From an uncultured Candidatus Saccharibacteria bacterium (lineage in GTDB: Bacteria; Patescibacteriota; UBA1384; XYA2-FULL-43-10; 1-14-0-10-43-13), in the NCBI GenBank assembly GCA_964543385.1, contig CAZIYE010000002.1, positions 30,001 to 62,000 of the forward strand: 32,000 nucleotides of DNA, written 5' to 3'. Under the pieces are notes generated by a model. That model made no database searches. It saw nothing but the letters and a program-made list of their open reading frames with translations, and was not told the origin of the DNA. The position numbers were made by a program, and so were the translations under genes. Below are positions 13,808 through 21,829 of the stretch, piece after piece; the stretch's first letter is position 1, and the number at the start of each line of letters is the position of its first letter.

Positions 13808-14225
13808 TCCAAAACCTGGAAAAGATTATATCGGTGTTGGTGGAGGGGTATTAATTATCAACGATAAAAAAGAAACTCTTTTGTTGAAACGAGGCAAGAA
13901 GGCAAAAAACGATATTGGAATCTGGTGCAAGCCTGGCGGCGCAGTGGAGTATGGGGAGACCGTTGAGGCAATGATGAAAAGAGAGGTCAAAGAAGAATTA
14001 AATATAGATATAGAAATCATTAAATGGCTCAAACATACAGATCATTTTGTTGATGGCGATCACTGGGTCGCATTTAATTGCGTTGCCAAAATTATAAATG
14101 GTAATCCGGAAAATATGGAACCTCTTAAACATTCCGAAATAAAGTGGTTTAGTCTTGATAAAATGCCGAAAAATCTAGCTGCACCTACTAAAGATGCAGC
14201 AGAAGAATATCTAAAAAGTCTATGA
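13800..14225 (+). CDS. NUDIX hydrolase
   Basis: Nudix box GGAVEYGETVEAMMKREVKEELNI. Overlaps the thrS stop by 8 nt. Confidence 0.85.
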   Translation: MANPKPGKDYIGVGGGVLIINDKKETLLLKRGKKAKNDIGIWCKPGGAVEYGETVEAMMKREVKEELNIDIEIIKWLKHTDHFVDGDHWVAFNCVAKIINGNPENMEPLKHSEIKWFSLDKMPKNLAAPTKDAAEEYLKSL

Positions 14226-15376
14226 AATTTCCAAAAGGTTTTTTATTTGGTTCTGCTACTGCTGCCCATCAAATTGAGGGCGGCAATTATGATAATGATT
14301 GGTATCAATGGGAGAAAATCCCAGGGAATATTATCGATGGCTCGACTTCGGAAGTCGCTAATGATAGCTGGAACAATTGGCGTGAGGACATACGACTCCT
14401 AAAACAGACCAAGCAGAATGCTTATCGGTTCTCTATAGAGTGGGCTAGAATTGAGCCAAAAGAGGGGGTCTTTGATTATGAAGTAATAAAGCAGTACAAA
14501 GAGATATTACTTGAGCTTAAGAAAAATGGCATTAAATCAATGGTCACGCTTTTTCATTTTACTTTTCCTTTCTGGCTGGCAAAAAATGGAGGTATTGTGA
14601 ACAAGAAGATAGGTTTCTATTTTGAACGTTATGCTATGGTTGTAGCCAAAGAGCTCGGCGAACTCATCGACCTATGGGCAATCCTGAATGAACCAAATGT
14701 TTATCTGCTCAAGGGCTATATCCATGGTGATTGGTGTCCGGGCCAAAAAAATTATTTCAAGATGATCAAAGGATGGTTTAATTTCATAGATTGCCAGAAA
14801 AGAGCATACAAAAAAATTAAAAAAATCGTCAAAAATGCAAGAATTGGTATTGCGATGAATATCGCTGTTTATAGGCCAGCGACCGAAAATTTTTTAGATA
14901 AAATTTTCACTTGGGCTACTCCAAAAATTACTCATGAAATATTTTTATTTTTTATAAAAAATTATTGTGATTTTTTTGGTATTAATCACTATATGAAATT
15001 TATTGTTGGTTTTGGCAAGAGTGCAAAACAAGCAGGAGAGAATCAGTCCGATTTTGGTTGGGGAATAAATCCAGAAAGCCTTTACGAGGTTATTAAGGAA
15101 AATATCCATTGGGGTAAGCCAATTTATATAACAGAAAATGGTATTGCAGACGCAGATGATAAGTTGCGGCCGGAATTCATAAAAGATGCTTTAGGACAGA
15201 TCAAAAAAGCCTTAGATGACAATATGCCAGTCAAAGGGTATTTCCATTGGAGTCTAATGGATAATTTTGAATGGGCTCATGGTTACAGTATGAAGTTTGG
15301 ATTGTTCACAATAGATCGCAAACCAAAAAAAAGTGCAAATATTTATAAGTGTCTTATAGAGAAATACTCTAACTAA
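14222..15376 (+). CDS. glycoside hydrolase family 1 beta-glucosidase
   Basis: FLFGSATAAHQIEGG, acid/base ILNEPN, nucleophile YITENGIA, and the C-terminal HWSLMDNFEWAHGY. ATGA overlap with the nudix gene. Confidence 0.9.
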   Translation: MKFPKGFLFGSATAAHQIEGGNYDNDWYQWEKIPGNIIDGSTSEVANDSWNNWREDIRLLKQTKQNAYRFSIEWARIEPKEGVFDYEVIKQYKEILLELKKNGIKSMVTLFHFTFPFWLAKNGGIVNKKIGFYFERYAMVVAKELGELIDLWAILNEPNVYLLKGYIHGDWCPGQKNYFKMIKGWFNFIDCQKRAYKKIKKIVKNARIGIAMNIAVYRPATENFLDKIFTWATPKITHEIFLFFIKNYCDFFGINHYMKFIVGFGKSAKQAGENQSDFGWGINPESLYEVIKENIHWGKPIYITENGIADADDKLRPEFIKDALGQIKKALDDNMPVKGYFHWSLMDNFEWAHGYSMKFGLFTIDRKPKKSANIYKCLIEKYSN

Positions 15377-16392
15377 CTATTAGAAATATCATTTAATATT
15401 CGCCAACGACGTTCTTTCTCAATCCATGGGATAGGATCTCCTAGCTTAAAAGCAGCAGTACCTTCTCGTGGGGAATATTTATTATTGAAGGCTTGCGAAA
15501 ATTTCACACTTGTTAATACATCAACAGTTTCTTGAAAATCATCCAGAGTTTCGTCTGGAAAGCCAACTATAGTATCAGTCGATAATTTTACATCAGGAAT
15601 TTTATTTTGTATTTTTCTTATTAATTCCAAATATATCTCTTTTGTGTACGGTCTATTCATCGCCTTTAATATCTTATTGCTACCAGATTGTATCGGCAGG
15701 TGAATAGATTTTGCAATTTTTGGTAGTGATGCAATAGCATCAATTATATCGTCGCTCATATCCTTGGGATGATTCGAAGTAAAATAAACAACAAAGTCCC
15801 CTGGAATATTGTTGATTTCTTTTAGCAGTTTGGAAAAACCAAATTCATAAGAATTTACATTTTGGCCCAGAAGCCATATTTCTTTATGGCCGGCGTCAGC
15901 CACCTTTTTCACGTCTTCAATTATTTCTATGGCAGGACGTGATATTTCTCTACCGCGGGTATATGGCACTGCACAATAAGAGCAAAAATTATTGCAACCT
16001 TTCATAATAGGTATATAATTCGATCTCTTTTGTCCTTCTTTTAACAAGCTAGACAGAACTAGAGCTTGATCACCATCAAGGCTCAGGAAATCTTTCAAAC
16101 TATCGATATCGCCATTGTCCCAGATCTTAGCTCCCTTGTTGGCAAATATTTTTTTATCTTTTTCGAGAATACAGCCAGATACAAAGACCTTTTTCCCTTC
16201 TTTGATAAAATTCTTAGTAATACTCATAGCTCGATCAACCCCGGTTTTTCGGACAGAACAATTCAAGAGAAACACTATGTCGGCCTCTTCTTTATTTGTT
16301 TCTCGTAAACCCAAGTTTCTTAGGACAAAAGCCAGGCGGGCAGCATCCCACTCGTTATATTGGCAGCCAAATGATTTGATGAAAAAATTCAT
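15373..16392 (-). CDS. radical-SAM methylthiotransferase family protein (MiaB/RimO-like), lacking a C-terminal TRAM domain
   Basis: UPF0004-type N-terminus FIKSFGCQYNEWD...LNCSVR...SGC. Radical SAM cluster CNNFCSYCAVPYTRG. Ends shortly after the radical-SAM core. Start is ATG 16392 (preferred) or 16431. Confidence 0.8.
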   Translation of the reverse strand: MNFFIKSFGCQYNEWDAARLAFVLRNLGLRETNKEEADIVFLLNCSVRKTGVDRAMSITKNFIKEGKKVFVSGCILEKDKKIFANKGAKIWDNGDIDSLKDFLSLDGDQALVLSSLLKEGQKRSNYIPIMKGCNNFCSYCAVPYTRGREISRPAIEIIEDVKKVADAGHKEIWLLGQNVNSYEFGFSKLLKEINNIPGDFVVYFTSNHPKDMSDDIIDAIASLPKIAKSIHLPIQSGSNKILKAMNRPYTKEIYLELIRKIQNKIPDVKLSTDTIVGFPDETLDDFQETVDVLTSVKFSQAFNNKYSPREGTAAFKLGDPIPWIEKERRWRILNDISNS

Positions 16393-16500
16393 TGTGTGTA
16401 TTTTAAAATAAATTGAATCAAGTGAAAACATACCAGAAAAATGTGTGTTTTTCTATCGGTCTTTTGTAAACCTCTGATTATGGTCAGCATGTGCTAAAAC

Positions 16501-16524
16501 AAAAATGCCCTTACGGGCATTTTT
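16501..16524. terminator. bidirectional intrinsic terminator downstream of rplY
   Basis: AAAAATGCCC-ttac-GGGCATTTTT: a perfect stem with an A-run and a T-run. Confidence 0.75.
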
Positions 16525-16552
16525 GCAATATGTAACAGAATTGACGGTAAAA

Positions 16553-17230
16553 TTACTCGGTTTTTTTCTCTTCAGCCTTTTTCTCTTCAGCGCCTTCTTC
16601 AGCTGGAGCTTCACCCTTGTTTTCAACTTCGATAGCCTCAACATCTTCCACGATCTCTTCGTTTAGAGCCTCCATTTCAGCTTCGCTTCGTGGCTCCTGA
16701 ACAAATGCAATAATTTCTTCTAGATCACTCAAAATTTCAATAGTTTCAGGGAGTTTAAGATCGGAAACTTTAATATTTTTTTCGAAATCATCCAATACAG
16801 ATATATCGACTGTAATTTCGGACATAAGATCACCCGGCAAACACTCAACCTCGATAGAATCAACAGGAGTGATTAGGGAACCTTCTAGATTTATAACAGC
16901 GTTTGAATCGCCAACAAATTCTAATGGGATTTCAGCATGAATCTTTTCTTTCATATTTACCTTTAAGAGGTCGATATGAATGATGTCTCCGGAGATTGGA
17001 TCAATTTGAGTGTCGTGAACCAATACTTTGAACTTTTTTTCACCAGCAGTAACATCTATAAGATTGGAAGTTCCAGCATCTTTAAAAATTTTTTCGAAAT
17101 CTATTCTATCTACGGCGATTGCTATTGGCTCAAAATGTTTACCATAAACAACAGCAGGAATCTTGCCTTCTTGTCTAAGCTTATTGGCTTTTGCATTTTT
17201 TTCAGTGGTCTTGAGTTTAAACTCTGTCAT
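16553..17230 (-). CDS. rplY: 50S ribosomal protein L25/Ctc (general stress protein form) with acidic C-terminal tail
   Basis: LRQEGKIPAVVYGK..., two-domain Ctc length (225 aa). Tail is ...VENKGEAPAEEGAEEKKAEEKKTE. Confidence 0.9.
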   Translation of the reverse strand: MTEFKLKTTEKNAKANKLRQEGKIPAVVYGKHFEPIAIAVDRIDFEKIFKDAGTSNLIDVTAGEKKFKVLVHDTQIDPISGDIIHIDLLKVNMKEKIHAEIPLEFVGDSNAVINLEGSLITPVDSIEVECLPGDLMSEITVDISVLDDFEKNIKVSDLKLPETIEILSDLEEIIAFVQEPRSEAEMEALNEEIVEDVEAIEVENKGEAPAEEGAEEKKAEEKKTE

Positions 17231-17242
17231 TTTTACCTTAAA

Positions 17243-17563
17243 TTATTTATTGGTATTGTTATTTTTTGAATTTTCAAATAGATTTTCGAAACTTCCATTA
17301 AAATCTTTAAAAAACTTGTATGTTTCGATTACATCGTTAGAGGTAATTTCAGTTCTCCTAGCCATAGAAGCAGGCGATTGCTTTGCTAGACTTACAGTAG
17401 CCAGTAGGGGCATGTGGCTCGAACAGTTGAGTTCTAGGAAAACCAATGAATCAACAACACCACGGATCTGAATCAAAGGAAAATCGTACGATTTGCCGCA
17501 CTGAGGGCAACGTACATTTTTCTGAACAGTTACAAGTAATTTGTATAGATCTTGATGATTCAT
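17243..17563 (-). CDS. hypothetical protein (106 aa) with a single CxxC
   Basis: ORF lies between uvrB and rplY on the same strand and contains VRCPQCGKSY. No family recognised. Confidence 0.5.
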   Translation of the reverse strand: MNHQDLYKLLVTVQKNVRCPQCGKSYDFPLIQIRGVVDSLVFLELNCSSHMPLLATVSLAKQSPASMARRTEITSNDVIETYKFFKDFNGSFENLFENSKNNNTNK

Positions 17564-17623
17564 AATACCACGAAATTATAGCTCTTTAAGGGTCAAAAGT
17601 CAAGCTCAGAGCCGTTTAGCCTA

Positions 17624-19630
17624 TTAGATATTCTGCTCCATAATCGCAATTTGGTCTCTTAGTTCTGCTGCTCTCTCAAATTCCAACTTTAGGGCAGCCA
17701 TTTCCATCATCTTTTTCATCTCCTTGATGATATGATATTTTTCTTTCTTGGGTAATTTGTTAAACTCACCATCAATTTTTGACAGTCTCTGTTCTTCTTC
17801 AATTATTTCAGGCGAAACATCCTTTTGTATACTCAAGGGAGTGATATTATGTTTTTGATTAAATTCTTCTTGCATTTTTCGTCGCTTTGACGTCTCATCT
17901 ATAGTTAGCTTCATGGATTTAGTAATATTATCGGCATACATTATCACCCTTCCTTCAACATGTCTCGCTGCTCTTCCGGCTGTTTGGGTTAGGGAAGTTG
18001 CACTTCTTAAGAACCCTTCTTTATCCGCGTCCAAAATAGCAATCAGTGATACTTCTGGAAGATCTAATCCCTCTCTAAGTAAATTTATTCCCACTAAAAC
18101 GTCAAATTTACCCAATCGAAGTTTATGGAGTATTTCTAACCGCTCGAGTGTTACGATATCTGAGTGGAGATAGGCAACTTTAATATCCTTTTCTAGTAGA
18201 AAATCTGTTAATTCTTCAGCCATTCGTTTAGTAAGGGTGGTAACAAGCACCCGCTGATTTTTCTTTGTAGTTAATGTGATTTCAGAAATAAGATCATTTA
18301 TTTGGTTCTTAGTTTTTCTTACTTCTATCACTGGGTCAAGCAATCCGGTAGGACGAATAAACTGTTTAATAATCGCGTCATACTTTTTATGATTTTCCCC
18401 TACAATATTTTCTTCCGAACTTTTCAATAGTTCATATTGTCCTGGGGTTGCAGAGACAAAAACTACCTGATTTATTTTCTTATAAAACTCTGGGTATCTA
18501 AGCGGTCTATTATCATAAGCCGAAGGAAGTCTGAAGCCATAATCAACCAATTTATTTTTTCTAGATCTGTCTCCCTCAAACATCGCTCCTATTTGTGAGA
18601 CGGTAATATGTGATTCATCAATGAACATCAAGAAGTCCTTCGGAAAATAATCAATCAATGTAGTCGATGGTTCTCCCGGTTTTCTATCATCAAAATATCT
18701 TGAATAGTTCTCGATTCCAGAGCATGTCCCGGTTTGCTCAATCATTTCTATGTCAAAATTAGTTCTCTGCTCAATTCTTTCTGCTTCAAGCAATTTTCCT
18801 GATTTCTTAAACTCTGCTATTTGAATGTGTAAATCGTTTCTAATCTCTACGACGGCACGTTTAAGTTTTTCTGGTGGTGTCATGAAGTGTGTTACTGGAA
18901 ATACTTCAAATTCATTGAAATTTTTAAGACCGTTTCCTGTTATCCAATCCATTTCCTGAATTCTCTCAACGACATCTCCAAAAAAATCAATTTTATAAGA
19001 ATTATTTGAGTAGGCTGGCATCAGTTCTAGAGTATCACCTTTGAGTCTGTATGATCCTCTCTTGAGATCAATATCGTTGCGTTCGTATTGTAGGACGTTA
19101 AGTCTTCGTAGAAATTCATTCCTATCAATCTTTTCTCCTACTTTGAAGAAGAAATTTTCCCCGAGATAAAATTCAGGTGAACCTATACCATATATACAGG
19201 AAACAGAAGCGACGATGATCACATCTTTTCTAGTCAGCAATGCATGAGTAGCAGCATGGCGTAATCTTTCGATCTCATCATTTATCGATGAGTCTTTCTC
19301 TATGTACGTATCTGAATTGGGGATATAAGCTTCTGGCTGGTAGTAGTCATAGTACGAAACAAAGTAGTGTACTTCATTCTCTGGAAAGAATTCCCTGAAT
19401 TCGTCGGCAAGCTGAGCGGCTAATGTTTTATTGTGGGCTATAACAAGTGTTGGTTTCTGCACATTCTGGATAATATTGGCCATTGTAAATGTTTTACCAC
19501 TACCAGTTATACCCCAAAGTGTCTGATGTTTAACACCTTTTTCAATATTCTTCGTTAAACTAGAAATAGCTTCCGGTTGATCACCGGCAGGCTGATATTT
19601 CGATTGAATTTTAAAATTATTTTGAATCAT
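17624..19630 (-). CDS. uvrB: excinuclease ABC subunit B
   Basis: 668 aa with GITGSGKTFTMA, FIDESH, helicase motifs, and the C-terminal UVR motif AAELRDQI. Confidence 0.97.
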   Translation of the reverse strand: MIQNNFKIQSKYQPAGDQPEAISSLTKNIEKGVKHQTLWGITGSGKTFTMANIIQNVQKPTLVIAHNKTLAAQLADEFREFFPENEVHYFVSYYDYYQPEAYIPNSDTYIEKDSSINDEIERLRHAATHALLTRKDVIIVASVSCIYGIGSPEFYLGENFFFKVGEKIDRNEFLRRLNVLQYERNDIDLKRGSYRLKGDTLELMPAYSNNSYKIDFFGDVVERIQEMDWITGNGLKNFNEFEVFPVTHFMTPPEKLKRAVVEIRNDLHIQIAEFKKSGKLLEAERIEQRTNFDIEMIEQTGTCSGIENYSRYFDDRKPGEPSTTLIDYFPKDFLMFIDESHITVSQIGAMFEGDRSRKNKLVDYGFRLPSAYDNRPLRYPEFYKKINQVVFVSATPGQYELLKSSEENIVGENHKKYDAIIKQFIRPTGLLDPVIEVRKTKNQINDLISEITLTTKKNQRVLVTTLTKRMAEELTDFLLEKDIKVAYLHSDIVTLERLEILHKLRLGKFDVLVGINLLREGLDLPEVSLIAILDADKEGFLRSATSLTQTAGRAARHVEGRVIMYADNITKSMKLTIDETSKRRKMQEEFNQKHNITPLSIQKDVSPEIIEEEQRLSKIDGEFNKLPKKEKYHIIKEMKKMMEMAALKLEFERAAELRDQIAIMEQNI

Positions 19631-19660
19631 TTAGTGTAGTTGATTGCAGCTACCGGTCTA

Positions 19661-19688
19661 TTGACTTAATTCCTAAAAGTGGTACTAT
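19661..19688 (+). promoter_or_regulatory. sigma70-like promoter pointing into the GC-rich island
   Basis: TTGACT (19661-19666), 16-nt spacer, extended -10 TGgTACTAT (19680-19688). It lies in the uvrB upstream region but on the opposite strand. Confidence 0.45.
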
Positions 19689-19826
19689 AGCTGCTATATC
19701 CAATAATAAACCATACCATTTTTAGAGACCAGAGTCTAGGGTAAATGTATTCTAACCCTGCTCTCTAAATCCCCATATTTTTATGATAGAGAGCAGTGTC
19801 TCAGAACCCCTAGGAGGTATCGAGTT

Positions 19827-20072
19827 ATGGCAAAGCGATCTAATCCCAGCACCAAAGGTGCCAAAAAGCCGGCAACGGAAGCGAAATTGCCTGGCTGGCT
19901 GCGCAATATTGCGCGTCGTGCCAAAGCCATGATTGAGCGTGGCCAACAGGTCATTCTGCTCATCAAAGGCAAAATCCGCGTCGGTCTTGCTTGCAAGGCC
20001 AAGGAGGTAGCTGATACCATCCTTGAAATTAGCAAGCGGCATCAGACCAAAGCAATCCAGATCGCTGCATAA
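19827..20072 (+). CDS. hypothetical small basic protein (81 aa) on a compositionally foreign island
   Basis: A TAGGAGGT SD lies 7 nt upstream of the ATG. G/C is strongly enriched at codon third positions (GCC, CTG, CGT, GGC codons), unlike every neighbouring gene. N-terminus is Lys/Ala/Pro-rich (AKRSNPSTKGAKKPATEAK); the C-terminus ends AIQIAA. No family recognised. Confidence 0.6.
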   Translation: MAKRSNPSTKGAKKPATEAKLPGWLRNIARRAKAMIERGQQVILLIKGKIRVGLACKAKEVADTILEISKRHQTKAIQIAA

Positions 20073-20090
20073 GCAGCAACATCGCAACAC

Positions 20091-20130
20091 ACTCCGGCTC
20101 GTACTGGGTACGAGCCGGAGTACCCCCCCC
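20091..20130. other. perfect 14-bp GC-rich stem-loop followed by a C8 homopolymer
   Basis: ACTCCGGCTCGTAC-tgg-GTACGAGCCGGAGT (20091-20121), then A + CCCCCCCC (20123-20130). No U-tract on either strand, so it is not a canonical intrinsic terminator. Confidence 0.6.
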
Positions 20131-20148
20131 AAGAAGAAGTCAATTGAA

Positions 20149-20814
20149 TTACTTTATTATATCTCTTTTATCATCTCGCCATTCGGCGATTTTTTTGTGA
20201 TCTCCAGATAGCAGTACCTCTGGCACTTTCCATCCGTTATAATCTATAGGTCTAGTATATTGAGGATATTCTTTTAGATAATTACCATTTTCGTCTTTTT
20301 TCATGAAAGTTTCCTCGACTTCTGAGCCCTCTGATAGTACGCCAGGTATCATTCTTGAAACGGCATCTATTATACACATGGCTGGAATCTCTCCACCGGT
20401 TAAAACAAAATCGCCGATAGAAATCTCTTCATCAATAAGGTGCTCCCTGATTCTTTCATCAAATCCCTCATAATGGCCACAAACTAATATTATTCTTTTA
20501 TATTTTGCTAGCTCAATCGCTTTTTCTTGATTAAATCTATTACCTTTTGGAGTAAGCAAAATAGTTCTTATTTTATCTGGCTCTTGGTCTTTTATATCCG
20601 TAATAGCTTTGTCCATCACGTCGATCTTCAAAACCATACCTTTGCCACCACCACATGGCGTGTCATCAACAGTTTTGTGTTTGTCAGTCGCATAGTCTCG
20701 AAGATTGTGACAAGCGATATTAACTAGCTTCTTTTCGCTAGCACGTTTAATGATGCTCTCTGAGAGAGGTCCATTGAACATTTCTGGAAATAATGTGATG
20801 ATGTCGAATTTCAT
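20149..20814 (-). CDS. trmD: tRNA (guanine37-N1)-methyltransferase
   Basis: MKFDIITLFPEMF..., GGGKGMVL, CGHYEGFDERI, SIGDFVLTGGE. Confidence 0.95.
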   Translation of the reverse strand: MKFDIITLFPEMFNGPLSESIIKRASEKKLVNIACHNLRDYATDKHKTVDDTPCGGGKGMVLKIDVMDKAITDIKDQEPDKIRTILLTPKGNRFNQEKAIELAKYKRIILVCGHYEGFDERIREHLIDEEISIGDFVLTGGEIPAMCIIDAVSRMIPGVLSEGSEVEETFMKKDENGNYLKEYPQYTRPIDYNGWKVPEVLLSGDHKKIAEWRDDKRDIIK

Positions 20815-20846
20815 TTGATTGTTAACTAATTTAAATAGGTTTATTG

Positions 20847-20874
20847 ATTATAAATCTATCATATATTCTTGTAA
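20847..20874 (-). promoter_or_regulatory. candidate trmD promoter
   Basis: Minus strand: TTACAA (20874-20869), 16-nt spacer, TATAAT (20852-20847). Confidence 0.4.
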
Positions 20875-20879
20875 CTCTT

Positions 20880-20950
20880 AAAAAAAGAGCCGCCAAGCTT
20901 TAGTCAGTCTCGGCTAGGCCGATCCTAGACGGAAGCTTGTGGCGGTCTCT
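20880..20950 (-). terminator. unusually long GC-rich hairpin + U7 downstream of the KH-protein gene
   Basis: Minus strand reads AGAGACCGCCACAAGCTT-(inner CTAGG..CCTAG hairpin)-AAGCTTGGCGGCTCT followed by TTTTTTT. It is about 65 nt of structure in an otherwise AT-rich spacer. Confidence 0.55.
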
Positions 20951-20967
20951 TTTATATAGTATCTATA

Positions 20968-21300
20968 TTATGCTAATACATCGTTTGGAACATCATCCAT
21001 AACATTGCTTGTAGTATCTTCTTCTTTATCTTCTCTGACAACTCTTTCAGATCCTTCTGGCTCAACTATTTTCAAATTCAATCTGGCATTATTCTTTGCG
21101 CCGAAGACTCTAAGTAAAGTTCTAATCGCTTTGGCAGTCTTACCATCTTTACCAATAATTTTGCCCATGTCTTCTGGATTCACATAGAGTTTGATTAAAA
21201 CGCCACGTTCATCGATTGTTCGCTCTGTTTTTACATCAGCGGGATTGTCGACAATTGCTTTTACTACGTCTTCAACAAACTTTTCATCTGCTTCTGTCAT
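20968..21300 (-). CDS. KH-domain RNA-binding protein (KhpA/YlqC-like) with acidic C-terminal tail
   Basis: GKIIGKDGKTAKAIRTLL (GxxG KH motif). ATG 21300 has aagaaagga upstream and is preferred over the track start 21318. Confidence 0.8.
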   Translation of the reverse strand: MTEADEKFVEDVVKAIVDNPADVKTERTIDERGVLIKLYVNPEDMGKIIGKDGKTAKAIRTLLRVFGAKNNARLNLKIVEPEGSERVVREDKEEDTTSNVMDDVPNDVLA

Positions 21301-21374
21301 AATTTCCTTTCTTAGCATCGATTGCAGTTTCGATGCGGGTTTACTAATATATCAGGCTAATGATAGCTAATTTG

Positions 21375-21785
21375 TTATTTCTCTTCAACAGCTGGTTCTA
21401 CAACCTCTTCGGCTTCAACAGGTGCTTTTGTTTGTGATTCTTCACTGATTGCTTCCTCTGTTATAGCAGGCTCTGCGGTATCTGCCTCTGCCTTTTCTTC
21501 TTTAACTGGGGCTTTTGCATATACTTTTTTGGCTTTCGCATCTTTTGCTAAAATACCAAGATCGCACATAAGATTGCGGACCGTGTCAGAGGGTTGTGCA
21601 CCCATGCTAATCCAATACAAAGATCTTTCTTTGTTTATAACAAGACCTTTTGGATTAGAAGCAGGATTATAGTGCCCAAGAATTTCAATAGATTTTCTCT
21701 TTACTGCTCTTTTGTGATCAGCTACTACTACACGATATGCAGGGCTGTTTTTCTTACCGACTCTGGTTAATCTGATTCTTAACAT
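21375..21785 (-). CDS. rpsP: 30S ribosomal protein S16 with ~55-aa Ala/Glu-rich C-terminal extension
   Basis: MLRIRLTRVGKKNSPAYRVVVADHKRAVKRKSIEILGHYNP. Confidence 0.95.
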   Translation of the reverse strand: MLRIRLTRVGKKNSPAYRVVVADHKRAVKRKSIEILGHYNPASNPKGLVINKERSLYWISMGAQPSDTVRNLMCDLGILAKDAKAKKVYAKAPVKEEKAEADTAEPAITEEAISEESQTKAPVEAEEVVEPAVEEK

Positions 21786-21829
21786 TATTCTCCTAAATTA
21801 CAAAAATTCACTATTAAAATAACAAATTA

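Noticed and set aside
19740-20140. GC-rich island interpreted as a structured RNA gene (RNase P RNA, SRP RNA, 6S)
   Set aside because: GC-rich patches in AT-rich genomes are often RNAs, as the tmRNA is here. Neither strand contains GGAAAGUCC or ACAGAACCCGGCUUA-type RNase P blocks (only a chance cagaaccc), nor the SRP domain IV motif. The region shows clear codon-position periodicity, a consensus SD and an ATG.
19752-20211. Minus-strand ORFs of 126 aa and 84 aa and a + strand 62-aa ORF in the island
   Set aside because: They are open only because stop codons are rare in GC-rich sequence. They have no SD and a Cys/Arg/Leu-rich nonsense-like composition, and they overlap the better-supported 81-aa gene.
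20885-20955. Long hairpin as a small SRP (4.5S) RNA
   Set aside because: It contains GACGGAAGC but lacks the conserved GNAR tetraloop plus symmetric/asymmetric loop sequences. The U7 run directly after the hairpin on the coding strand fits a terminator better.
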